A DNA stretch of 63,900 bases, the filler included, from Nitrospinota bacterium (GTDB lineage Bacteria; JAUXIQ01), in the NCBI GenBank assembly GCA_030620925.1. It is 11 parts of 11 records of this genome, joined end to end, with 100 filler letters (N's around TTAATTAATTAA, not from the genome) between each part and the next. Parts side by side here need not be neighbours in the genome. Positions count along the whole stretch, not along the records: positions 19,364 to 23,440 come from JAUXIQ010000257.1; positions 23,541 to 29,189 come from JAUXIQ010000155.1; positions 29,290 to 35,348 come from JAUXIQ010000138.1; 8 more parts are not named here. The stretch is one strand, 5' to 3'. Shown here piece after piece: positions 20,753 to 30,186 of the stretch. A model generated the notes under the pieces. That model searched no databases. It was not told the origin of the DNA and was given only the letters and a program-made list of their open reading frames with translations. Within the stretch, counting starts at the first letter, position 1. Each line of letters starts with the position of its first letter. The translations under genes and the position numbers were made by a program.

Positions 20753-21946
20753 TCAGGAAAGCTTGCTCACCGCTTCTTCAAGCCTATCCAACCCTTTGCG
20801 GATGTTTTCCATGGAGGTGGCGTAGGAAAGCCTCACATATCCTTCGGCAAGAAACGCGTCCCCGGCCACAACGGCCACGCGGGCGTGTTCCAGCAAAAAG
20901 GCGGAAAAGTCTCCTGAGCTGTTAATCGACCAACGATCCCAGCTCTTCCCGAACAGGCCTGATACGTTGGGAAAAGTGTAGAAAGCGCCCCGGGGCTTCA
21001 GGCAGGAGATACCCGGCATGGCGTTCAGCCTCTCGCACATGAAATCCCGCCTCTCTTTGAAATGGCTTACCATATCCTTCACCGAATCCTGGGGCCCGGT
21101 GAGGGCCTCGATGCTGGCCATCTGGGCGATAGAAGTGGGGTTGGAAGTGCTTTGGCTCTGCAGCTTGTTCATGGCCGATATCACTTCCTGCGGTCCGGCC
21201 ACGTACCCTATCCGCCACCCGGTCATGGAATATGATTTGGAAACTCCATCCACCAGGAAGGTGCGTTTTTTAGCCTCCTCGCCGAACGAAGCCACGCTCA
21301 CGTGCTCGGCGTCGTCGTATATTATCTTGCCGTAAATTTCGTCGGATATGATGTATACGTCGTGCTCCACCGCCAGATCGGCCAGTTCCTTGAGCTCTTC
21401 CCTGGTGAATACGCTCCCCGTGGGGTTGCACGGGCTGTTGAGTATAACCGCTTTGGCCCCCGAAGCCATGGCTTCTTTCCATTGAGCGGCGGTGGGTTTG
21501 AAATCAGTCTCCTCGGTGGTGCTGATCACCACTGTTTCCGAACCCGAAAGTTCTACCTGGTCCGGGTAAGTCACCCAGCACGGAGCCGGAATGATAACTT
21601 TATCCCCTTCCTGAAACAGCGCCTGGGAAATATTATAAAGCGCATGCTTGGCGCCGCAACTGACCATCACCTCGGGACGCTCGAAAGAGACGCCGCTGTC
21701 TCCCTTGATACGATCGATGATGGCATCCTTGAGCTGATCTATTCCGCCTACCGGAGTATATTTCGTGAAACCGTTCTTTATGGCCAGCTCGGCCGCCTGC
21801 TTTATGTTATCCGGAGTATCGAAATCGGGCTCTCCGGCGCCGAACCCTATCACATCGATTCCCTGCGCCCGCATAGCCTTGGCTTTGGCGGTAACGGCAA
21901 GGGTGGGCGATTCTTTAATCTTGTTTACCCTTTCTGCTAATGCCAT
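20753..21946 (-). CDS. aspC: Aspartate aminotransferase (PLP class I/II)
   Basis: GEPDFDTP, NSPCNPTG, SDEIY, SKSYSMTGWRIG. Confidence 0.92.
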   Translation of the reverse strand: MALAERVNKIKESPTLAVTAKAKAMRAQGIDVIGFGAGEPDFDTPDNIKQAAELAIKNGFTKYTPVGGIDQLKDAIIDRIKGDSGVSFERPEVMVSCGAKHALYNISQALFQEGDKVIIPAPCWVTYPDQVELSGSETVVISTTEETDFKPTAAQWKEAMASGAKAVILNSPCNPTGSVFTREELKELADLAVEHDVYIISDEIYGKIIYDDAEHVSVASFGEEAKKRTFLVDGVSKSYSMTGWRIGYVAGPQEVISAMNKLQSQSTSNPTSIAQMASIEALTGPQDSVKDMVSHFKERRDFMCERLNAMPGISCLKPRGAFYTFPNVSGLFGKSWDRWSINSSGDFSAFLLEHARVAVVAGDAFLAEGYVRLSYATSMENIRKGLDRLEEAVSKLS

Positions 21947-21999
21947 CTTTTTCTCTCCTAAAACATCTTTGGGCAGGCATTAATTCAGTTCATAAGCCA

Positions 22000-22034
22000 G
22001 GGGAGACCCTTCTTAAAAGGTTCCCCCCCAACCC
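22000..22034. repeat. Degenerate copy of the GGGG-ACCCTT palindromic repeat
   Basis: GGGGAGACCCTTCTTAAAAGGTTCCCCCCCAACCC resembles 12740-12780. Confidence 0.5.
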
Positions 22035-22053
22035 TGATAATCTGTGAAAAATC

Positions 22054-22548
22054 CTATTCCTTTTTTAAAGACGCGAATTTATCTTTCAGTGCCGCCTCTA
22101 CTATCGGCGGAATCAGATGACCCACCTCTCCCCCGAGTTCTGATATCTCTTTGATGAGGCGTGAGCTGACGTAGGAATACTCTTCGCTGGGCAGTAAAAA
22201 TACCGTTTCTATGCCGCTGTCCAGCGACCGGTTCATCATGGCCATCTGATATTCATAGTCGAAGTCCGTGACCGCACGGATACCCCTGATGATAACGTCG
22301 GCCTTTTGCTTCCTCACGTAATGGACCAGCAGGGTATCGAAAGATTCCACCCTCACGTTATTCAGATCCCTGGTGGATTCCTCTATGAACCGTTTCCTCT
22401 CCTCGAACCCGAAAAGAACCTTCTTATCAGGGTTGTTGGCCACGGCCACAATCACATTTTTAAACATACATATGGCGCGGCTTATGAGGTCCACATGGCC
22501 GTTGGTCACAGGGTCGAACGTTCCCGGATAGATCGCCGTCTTTTCCAT
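22054..22548 (-). CDS. coaD: Phosphopantetheine adenylyltransferase
   Basis: YPGTFDPVTNGH, IRGIR..DFDYE, SS motif. Confidence 0.96.
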   Translation of the reverse strand: MEKTAIYPGTFDPVTNGHVDLISRAICMFKNVIVAVANNPDKKVLFGFEERKRFIEESTRDLNNVRVESFDTLLVHYVRKQKADVIIRGIRAVTDFDYEYQMAMMNRSLDSGIETVFLLPSEEYSYVSSRLIKEISELGGEVGHLIPPIVEAALKDKFASLKKE

Positions 22549-22819
22549 CAGACTATCCTCTCATCCATGGTGATTTCCAAGAATATGGCGTCATCGGTGA
22601 AGTGCAGAGAGTCTTAACAGAGTAGAGCACCGAATCCGAGTCGCATGGGGACCATGATAGTATAGGTGCTGATAATTTAATAAAAGTGGCGCCCGATGTC
22701 AATTAAAACTTTTTCCAAAATTAACCGGAATCTTACCGCCGATTTTCACGTCTGTTAAGGCGCAGGTTAAGAAAGCAGAGACACGGTATTCTGCCTGGTG
22801 TCGCCCCGGGATGCAACTC

Positions 22820-23096
22820 CTATCGAAGCCAGCAGGGACGGATTTCATCCCTCATCCCGCGGGATCACCCGCCCCCCAGTATAATAGATAGTGGTCGCCG
22901 CATGGAACTTCCCCCCCACCCCGTGGTGCGCACCCTGTTCAACCCCCGCATCAACGCCTTCGAAAACCGTTACTGCCACGGCTTCCTGGAGACGGATCTG
23001 ACACGCTTCATGAAGGGTCTGAGCTTTCAACTTGAAGAACAGCGGCTCATCGGCTTCGGCTGCGCCGCCATCCGCTCCTTCATCAACCGCAAATAA
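22820..23096 (+). pseudogene. Possible decayed class I methyltransferase C-terminal fragment
   Basis: Coding-like codon bias; pieces IEASR..ITRP / IVVAAWNFP / HPVVRTLF..AFENRY lie in different frames with stops. Confidence 0.3.
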
Positions 23097-23298
23097 GCCC
23101 GATAAGCGAAGATAATCTGCATGGCCGGAAACCATTGCGCTTTAACAAGAGGAATAGAAAAAAAACAAATAACCCGCTATGTGGGGGGCGTGTAAAACGG
23201 AGGGCGAACTGCAGTCTCAGCACATAACACTGCCCGAATCCGTCTTCGGGGCGGTGGACAAATAAACAGGTCGCCCCGAAACAGACTACCGGTTCTTT

Positions 23299-23439
23299 CT
23301 ATTGAGCGGAGATGATACCGGTTTCATCAATGGTTACGGGAAACCCATCGAAAGTGGCGGGAATACGACCAGCAAGCTCGGAAGGGTCGCAGGAAGCGAA
23401 GACGACGATACAATCCTTCCCCTCCTTTTCTCCCTGGGC
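23299..23439 (-). CDS. Hypothetical protein, C-terminal fragment (not in the ORF track)
   Basis: Open from the contig edge: AQGEKEGKDCIVVFASCDPSELAGRIPATFDGFPVTIDETGIISAQ*. Confidence 0.65.
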   Translation of the reverse strand, partial: AQGEKEGKDCIVVFASCDPSELAGRIPATFDGFPVTIDETGIISAQ

Positions 23440-23540
23440 GNNNNNNNNNNNNNNNNNNNNNNNNNNNNNNNNNNNNNNNNNNNNTTAATTAATTAANNNN
23501 NNNNNNNNNNNNNNNNNNNNNNNNNNNNNNNNNNNNNNNN

Positions 23541-23725
23541 CCATGCCCGGGGAGGTCTATTGCTACGGGAGTATGCGAATCCGCCACGGCCTCCATATGT
23601 TTTTCCCATACCCTTGTGTTGCACCCCGTGCCGTGGACGTACATCACCCTCTGCCCCTTCTTTGCCTTCGGGTCGCCTATGGCGTGATAATGGATTTTAA
23701 GCCCTCCGATTTCCACGAATCCCAT
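23541..23725 (-). CDS. Alpha/beta hydrolase (3' truncated)
   Basis: YVHGTG...W...AIDLPGH; GGAGA RBS. Confidence 0.8.
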
Positions 23726-23915
23726 GAATCTTCCTCCGATATGCTCTGGCTGATGCGTTTATGTTTTCGGTCGTAATTGTTTTAAGCTCGCAATCGAGAG
23801 GGGATTATATCACAAGAAAAGGGTGTGGACGTAACTATGCGCTCAGGAAAAGGGCGGTCTTGTTCTTCGGGGCGGGAAAAATTTGAGGTCTCTTGTCAGT
23901 CTTATTCAGACTGGA

Positions 23916-24386
23916 TCAGACGTGGGTGCAAATTTCTATCCTTTCCGGGTTCACCAGCCGCTCGAAATCGGTGTATTTCATCTTGACCGTCTCCACGTGG
24001 CTTCCGGCGTTGAAGACCATATATTCGTTCTTCGAAAGCTCAGGGTCCACGTAGACTTTCATGTCGTAGAGGTTGCCGAAAGGCGGCATGGCTCCCACCT
24101 CGCAGCCCGGGAACACGCTTTTGAATTCGTCTTCGGCGGCCAATCTGATGTCGGGAGCATTGAAGACATCCTTGGCTTTCAGGAAGTCCACCTTGCAGTT
24201 GGCCGAGATCACCACCATGGACAGCGTTTCCATTGATTTCAAGATGACCACTTTGGCCAGCATCTTGCCGCGAACGTGTTGGCGGGCGGCGATTTCCTGG
24301 GCGGTGTACGCTTCGGTATGAACGTTAACCTCGTACTCCACCCCCTCCGTTTTGAGAAAATCGTCTAAATTCTTCAGTATACTCAT
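23916..24386 (-). CDS. YbaK/EbsC aminoacyl-tRNA deacylase family protein
   Basis: HTEAYTAQE, AKVVI, GAMPPFG, FNAGSH. Confidence 0.9.
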   Translation of the reverse strand: MSILKNLDDFLKTEGVEYEVNVHTEAYTAQEIAARQHVRGKMLAKVVILKSMETLSMVVISANCKVDFLKAKDVFNAPDIRLAAEDEFKSVFPGCEVGAMPPFGNLYDMKVYVDPELSKNEYMVFNAGSHVETVKMKYTDFERLVNPERIEICTHV

Positions 24387-24567
24387 GGTCTGTACTCCTC
24401 TGGTATAAGATATACCCCTGAGTAAAATGTTGTGCCGACAACTCTATTTTAACTGTAAATTACTCCCCTCTTAATATGCTGTCAATAATCATATTTTTCA
24501 CTCGTTCATCAGTCAATATGGTACGGGAAATTCCTTTATTCACTCCCCATTATTAATACGAAAGACA

Positions 24568-25719
24568 TCAGGGGGCATAGCTGAGAGCCTGTTCGAGGTC
24601 GGCTATAATGTCTGCTGCGTCTTCTATACCCAGAGAGAGGCGCAAGGTCCCCTCTGTTATGCCCGCTCGCTCGAGGTGTTCCCGGGGCACGTTCTTATGG
24701 GAAGAGGTAACCGGCATGCTTATGAGGCTTTCCACACCTCCCAGGCTGGCGGCGGGGATGCAGGTGCGCAGGTTGTCCATTACTGCACCGGCTCCCCTCA
24801 GACCACCACTTACCTCAAAGGCCAACATCCCTCCGAAACCGCGCATTTGCCTCCGGGCCAACTGATGCTGGGGGTGAGAGGGAAGGCCCGGATACGAAAC
24901 CCGCAGCACTTTGGGGTGCTCCTCCAGGAATCGGGCCACTTCCATCGCCGTCAGATTATGGCGCTCCACTCTCAACCCCAGCGTCTTGAGCCCTCTGTTC
25001 AAGAGGTAACCTGCGAATGGGTCGAGAGTGCTTCCCAACGTGCTGGCGGTCTCACGCACCTTTTCTACAAGCTCTCTTTTGCCCACCACCGCTCCGGCCA
25101 CCACGTCGCAGAACCCGTTGAGGTATTTCGTTGCGCTGTGCACGACCAGGTCGGCACCCAGCTCCAGAGGCCGTTGATTGTAAGGAGTGGCGAAGGTATT
25201 ATCCACTATAATTGTGGCTCCATGACGCCGGCCAAGCTCCACCACCGCCTCGATATCAACCAGCTTGAGCACAGGGTTAGTGGGGGTCTCGATGAAAATA
25301 ACTCCCGTGTTTTTGTCGACCGCCTCTCGCATCTGATCGAAATCTGTAGTGTCCACCAGGGAGACGTTTATGCCATGCCCGGGCAGAAACTGAGAGAATA
25401 GTTTGAGGGTGGTGCCGTAGAGGTCGGTAATGGAGACCAGTCGCCCTCCTGAGTTCAGGAAAGTCATCACCGAGGCGGAAATGGCGGCCATACCTGAGGA
25501 GGTGATCAGGGCGGCATCTCCTTCCTCGAGGGAAGCTATTTTATCCTCCGCCACTTTTATTGTTGGGTTGCTGAAGCGGGTGTACAGGTAGTTTCCCCTG
25601 TTTCCCTGCCTGAAAGTGGAAGTCTGATAGATGGGCGTGGCGACGGCCCCGGTTTCGGGGTCGATTGTTTCACCTGCATGCACCGCCCTTGTGGTAAAGC
25701 CTTCTCTACGCTCAGCCAT
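24568..25719 (-). CDS. Cys/Met metabolism PLP enzyme (cystathionine gamma-synthase/lyase, methionine gamma-lyase family)
   Basis: PIYQTSTF, YTRFSNPT, SSGMAAI, ETPTNP, DNTF, HSATK, SLGGVESL. Confidence 0.92.
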   Translation of the reverse strand: MAERREGFTTRAVHAGETIDPETGAVATPIYQTSTFRQGNRGNYLYTRFSNPTIKVAEDKIASLEEGDAALITSSGMAAISASVMTFLNSGGRLVSITDLYGTTLKLFSQFLPGHGINVSLVDTTDFDQMREAVDKNTGVIFIETPTNPVLKLVDIEAVVELGRRHGATIIVDNTFATPYNQRPLELGADLVVHSATKYLNGFCDVVAGAVVGKRELVEKVRETASTLGSTLDPFAGYLLNRGLKTLGLRVERHNLTAMEVARFLEEHPKVLRVSYPGLPSHPQHQLARRQMRGFGGMLAFEVSGGLRGAGAVMDNLRTCIPAASLGGVESLISMPVTSSHKNVPREHLERAGITEGTLRLSLGIEDAADIIADLEQALSYAP

Positions 25720-25918
25720 TGTCAGTCATCTCCTTTTTCACGGCTATATTCCTCTAAGGATTTGTTGAAGCGAGGTTGTGCTTATGCTATGTTCACCATT
25801 AAATATATAACGGGCATCGGTCCGGAATTAACGTCTTGAATAAGGCGTTTTGCTATGCAAAGATAGAAGCCTGTTTCGCAGATGAGCCTTTTAACATTTT
25901 AGCGAGAGGAGAGGGAAA

Positions 25919-26911
25919 GTGGCAGGCAATATTTTAAATACCGAACTCTGCTCCATGTTGGGCATCGAATATCCGATCATGCAGGCAGGGATGGGGTACC
26001 TGGCCCGCTCGGACCTCGCCGCAGCGGTTTCTGAGGCAGGAGGGCTGGGGGTTATAGGGGCGGCCTCGCTCACGCCGGAGATACTGCGGGAAGAGATAGG
26101 AAAGGTGAAGGAGCGCACTGAAAATCCCTTCGCCGTGGACATCCTTTTCGCCCGGATGCCCTCCGGGGATGACAGCAGGATCAACGAGTACAGCGACGAA
26201 GTGAACGATTTTATAGAGATATGTTTCGAGGAGGATGTCCCTGTAATCGCGTCGGGCCTGGGGAATCCGGCACAAATAGTTCCCCGCGCTCATGAGACGG
26301 GCAAGAAGGTAATCGCCCTGGTGGGCAACGTGAAGAACGCCCTGCGCGTTGAGGCGGGTGGCGTGGATTTGATAGTCGCTCAGGGGCACGATGCGGGGGG
26401 GCACACCGGCCGCATAGGGACCATGAGTCTCGTTCCCTCGGTGATCGATGCGGTGAAAGTCCCGGTGGCGGCGGCGGGAGGCATAGTCGACGGCCGGGGC
26501 CTGGCGGCTGCGATGATGCTCGGTGCGGTTGGAGTCTGGTGCGGCACTCGGTTCGTGACCACCAAGCAGGCGCATTCGCACGATAACTACAAGGACAAAA
26601 TCTGCGAGATAAACGAGGAAGGCACTATCGTTACCCGGGCCTTCACCGGCAAGACCTGCCGCGTCATACCCAACGAGTTCACCGATTCATGGATCGGGCG
26701 CGAGGACGAGATAGAACCTTTCCCCCTGCAGGGCATTAAGGTGGGCCAGGATGTTGCGTTATCGGCGCGCCGGGACGGCAATACCAACCTGGGCTCGATG
26801 CCCGCCAGCCAGGGATCGAGCATGATCACCAGCGTAAAAGACGCGGGAGACGTGGTAAGGGAAATGGTCGCCCAGGCCCATGAGGTTCTCGCCCGCTACA
26901 TCCGGGCGTAG
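25919..26911 (+). CDS. Nitronate monooxygenase / FabK-like FMN enzyme
   Basis: PIMQAGM, AVSEAGGLG, AGGHTG, AAGGIVDGRG, GTRF. Confidence 0.88.
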   Translation: MAGNILNTELCSMLGIEYPIMQAGMGYLARSDLAAAVSEAGGLGVIGAASLTPEILREEIGKVKERTENPFAVDILFARMPSGDDSRINEYSDEVNDFIEICFEEDVPVIASGLGNPAQIVPRAHETGKKVIALVGNVKNALRVEAGGVDLIVAQGHDAGGHTGRIGTMSLVPSVIDAVKVPVAAAGGIVDGRGLAAAMMLGAVGVWCGTRFVTTKQAHSHDNYKDKICEINEEGTIVTRAFTGKTCRVIPNEFTDSWIGREDEIEPFPLQGIKVGQDVALSARRDGNTNLGSMPASQGSSMITSVKDAGDVVREMVAQAHEVLARYIRA

Positions 26912-26925
26912 TCAGGAAATACCTG

Positions 26926-27714
26926 CTACCGGCCCTGAAATTCGGGAGGCCGCTTTTCAAGAAAGGCCGTGAGCCCCTCCTTGACGTCCTCGCTGGCGTA
27001 GACCTGCTTGACCATCTCGTCCACGTCTGAAGAGTCTATCTGTTTCTGCGGGCTGAGGCACTTATGCACCATCTTCTTGAACCCGCGGACTGACAGCGGG
27101 GCGTTCTGAGCTATCTCCCCGGCTATTTGCATAGTGGTCTCATGCAATTGGTCGTGAGGCACCAGGTAGTTTACGAGACCGATTTCGAGGGCCTTGCCGG
27201 CATCGAAGATTCTCCCCGTGAAGAGCAGTTCCTTGGTGTACATGATTCCCATGGCGTTGACCAGCCGCTGCACCAGGCCGTAATTGAGTAGTATGCCCCT
27301 TTTTGCCAGGGGCATGCCGAAGTGGGCTCTTTCCGAAGCGATTCGTATGTCACAATTCACCGCCAGCTCGCAGCCTCCGGCCAGGGCGTAACCGTTGACC
27401 ATGGCGATGACCGGATTCGGAAAGTCGATGATGCTGTCCAGGGCACCTTCCACATATGAAGCGTCGCTGCCCCGCTCGGCCCTCTCCTCCTGTGTCTTCA
27501 GGATTTCGGCCATATCCGCCCCGGATGAGAAAGCCTTATCGCCCGCGCCGGTAACGACAGCCACCCTTATGTCCTCATCTCCGGCCATGGATTGCATTAT
27601 GTCCGCAAGCTCGACCCACATGGCTGTATTGAACGCATTTCGCTGTGCAGGGCGGTTTATGGTGATGGTACAAATGTGTGCATCCTTTTCGATAAGGAAA
27701 TTTTCCTCCGCCAT
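26926..27714 (-). CDS. Enoyl-CoA hydratase/isomerase (crotonase family)
   Basis: INRPAQRNA, FSSGAD, NGYALAGGCELA, EKRPPEFQGR. Confidence 0.92.
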   Translation of the reverse strand: MAEENFLIEKDAHICTITINRPAQRNAFNTAMWVELADIMQSMAGDEDIRVAVVTGAGDKAFSSGADMAEILKTQEERAERGSDASYVEGALDSIIDFPNPVIAMVNGYALAGGCELAVNCDIRIASERAHFGMPLAKRGILLNYGLVQRLVNAMGIMYTKELLFTGRIFDAGKALEIGLVNYLVPHDQLHETTMQIAGEIAQNAPLSVRGFKKMVHKCLSPQKQIDSSDVDEMVKQVYASEDVKEGLTAFLEKRPPEFQGR

Positions 27715-28065
27715 GTGGCCTCCTCTCCCAATTTCTATACCTGGTTATAAAGTTGCCTTAAAACAGTTGTTTTTTTGATGGAGATTTAATATTATACCAT
27801 TCCACGTAGAGGTCTCAAGTTTGATGTGAATATTTCACCTGTTCGTCCTATATTATTTTTATCGCAAAGTGAGTTTAAACGCCTTAAAGCATAAGTATAC
27901 TTATAATAAACTTTTAGCGGTAAAATATATAAAACGCCAATTGATTCATATCTTATTGAAATATTTAAAGTTTTTATTAAAATATGTCGAAAAATTAAAA
28001 TATAGCGTGTTAAGGAAGGGTTGTGAAAAGTTAGTCATCCGCTCAATTTGTTATGGGACGTAAAG

Positions 28066-29189
28066 ATGAACATAGAGAAATATTTATTTGGTGAAGATGT
28101 CCCGGAAGAAATAAGGCGAGCGATAAAAATGGAGCTCGATAAGCGGTCTCGCACTGAAGAAGAAGTGCGGGAGGGCGAAGAGCTGTTCCGCAGCCTGGCC
28201 GAGGGTCTGGTCCAGGGTATTCTTATCCACAGAGATTTCAAACCCCTCTTCGTAAACCGGACTTACGCCAATATCTTCGGCTATACTCCCGACGAAATAC
28301 TCGGAATGGAGAGCATATTCGGTCTTGTTGCGACCTATGAACGGGAGCGGTTTGTGCAATACAAGAACGCTCACGTGCGTGGCGAATACGCACCTTCCAA
28401 GTTCGAGTATCAAGGAATTCGGAAAGATAACTCCTTTATCTGGCTGGATACCAGAGTATGGATGATTAAATGGAGGGGCGAGCCGGCGATTTTAACCGTC
28501 GTCTTCGATATAGCTCTTCGCGAACGTGAAATAGAGTTACGCAGGAGCGAAGAGCGGTTTCGCGCATTATCCGGGGCTGCATTCGAGGGAATTGCGATTC
28601 ACGAAAGGAACAAGATTCTTGAGGTGAACCGGACTTTAGTCGATATGTTCGGCTATGAAATTCCTGAAATAATAGGGAAAGACGTGTCTGAGTTCACTGT
28701 ATTGGAATCCCGTGACCTGCTGGCTTCATTTATCGTATCAGATGTTCAACAAACCCAGGAGATGCAAGGCTTAAGAAAGGATGGATCCACTTTTCCAGCA
28801 GAAATCTCAGGCAGAGTTATCACTTACAGGGACCGAATGATAAGGGCTCTGGCGATTCGCGACGTCACAGAGCGCAAGCAAGCAGAAGAAGAACTGCAGA
28901 AAAGGCAGCGGGAGACTGAGACCCTTGCTGAGGCCGGCAGGATTTTTAACTCTTCTCTGGAAATCGAAGCGATATTCCAAGAAATAGCGAAATTGGTTTC
29001 AGAGGAGATAGGGGAATCGTGCGCAATTTTTCGTATAGGAGAAAATGAGCTCTGGCCTATCACCGTATATAGCAAGGGGGAGGAAGACAAGAAATCGTTG
29101 ATAATATTGACCGATAGGCCTATACCCATTGAAGGCACAATTACCGGCTCCTGCGTAAAGAACAAAGTACCCGTCCTGATTGAAGATGC
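28066..29189 (+). CDS. PAS-PAS-GAF sensor protein (3' truncated, probably a histidine kinase)
   Basis: Two PAS/PAC repeats (GYTPDEILG, RKDGSTFP, RDVTERK) followed by the start of a GAF domain. Confidence 0.82.
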
Positions 29190-29289
29190 NNNNNNNNNNN
29201 NNNNNNNNNNNNNNNNNNNNNNNNNNNNNNNNNTTAATTAATTAANNNNNNNNNNNNNNNNNNNNNNNNNNNNNNNNNNNNNNNNNNNN

Positions 29290-29605
29290 CATGGGGCTCA
29301 TCCTTCTGATCAATCCCGATTTCCTGATCTATGACGGCGCCTACTACTCCCATCTCGTCCCTGAAGGCGGCAGGCTCACCGGCGCGGTAGTGCTTATCGT
29401 GGGTCTCCTCTTTGGACTGGGGGCAATTGCGTTAGGCGAATATATGAAGATTTCCATGGAGGTAGTGAAAAACACCAGAACTATAACCCAGCTACTGGAA
29501 AAGCTCATCCACCTCACAGGAGTCGCTAAAAGCGCGCCACCGCCCGTTTCAGGCACCGACTCATTGGAAACCGGGATCGGAGATAACCCCGACTCGCAGG
29601 ATTAG
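29290..29605 (+). CDS. Hypothetical membrane protein (5' truncated)
   Basis: TM helix followed by GEYMKISMEVVKNTR. Confidence 0.55.
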
Positions 29606-29642
29606 CGGATAAGAGATCCCGCTCTTCACCGAAGCACGTCCC

Positions 29643-30077
29643 TTAACGGGAGGCTTCCCCACCGTTTAGCCCCTTCGGAGGCAGCAATGTTTTCCTTAAA
29701 ACAAATATAACCACTTGCGCCGCCCCCGCTCCCGCCGCATTCGATAAAAGGTCCAGAGATTCAAAAAACCTGTAAGGGAGGAAGTGCTGGAACAACTCAA
29801 GTAAGGCCCCATAACAAAATGCCAGCGAAGCCGCCGCCAGTGCCGTCCTCAAACTGTATTTCCATCGGGAGCTCAGCGCATTCCAGAACAGAAAACTCAG
29901 CAGGCAGTAGGCAGCGGCGTGGCCCAATTTGTCGCTCACGTCCAGCCTGACCAGCTGCTTGACGGCGGGTGTCACGGAGATGATCAGTAAACCTGCCGCA
30001 TAAGCCAGCAGGGGGAACCAGGCAAGCCAGAAACCGCTATTGAATTTGCCTTTACTTTTCTCTTTCATGCGGAACAT
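29643..30077 (-). CDS. VanZ-like membrane protein
   Basis: DKLGHAAAY, ELFQ..LPYR, DLLSNAAG. Confidence 0.85.
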   Translation of the reverse strand: MFRMKEKSKGKFNSGFWLAWFPLLAYAAGLLIISVTPAVKQLVRLDVSDKLGHAAAYCLLSFLFWNALSSRWKYSLRTALAAASLAFCYGALLELFQHFLPYRFFESLDLLSNAAGAGAAQVVIFVLRKTLLPPKGLNGGEASR

Positions 30078-30186
30078 AACAATAATCAGAAGATTTCAGT
30101 TCAAGCGCAATGATTTAACGTGAAATTCGGAAAAAATTTCTCTCCCCTCTAGCTATCTCAAACCCCTTCTCTTGATCATGTTAATT

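Noticed and set aside
22560-22660. Possible structured leader of coaD (CATGGT/ACCATG, TCGGTG/CACCGA)
   Set aside because: Only short 6-bp stems, and the outer stem overlaps the likely promoter; insufficient support.
23180-23440. Possible tmRNA or group II intron fragment (GGGGGCG start, several hairpins)
   Set aside because: It lacks the tmRNA TCGA and tag features; most of it is the antisense of a clean partial CDS (23299-23439, minus strand) plus a downstream hairpin.
27760-28060. AT-rich stretch and 64-aa ORF at 27869-28063
   Set aside because: Consistent with a divergent promoter region; the Lys/Tyr-rich ORF reflects base composition.
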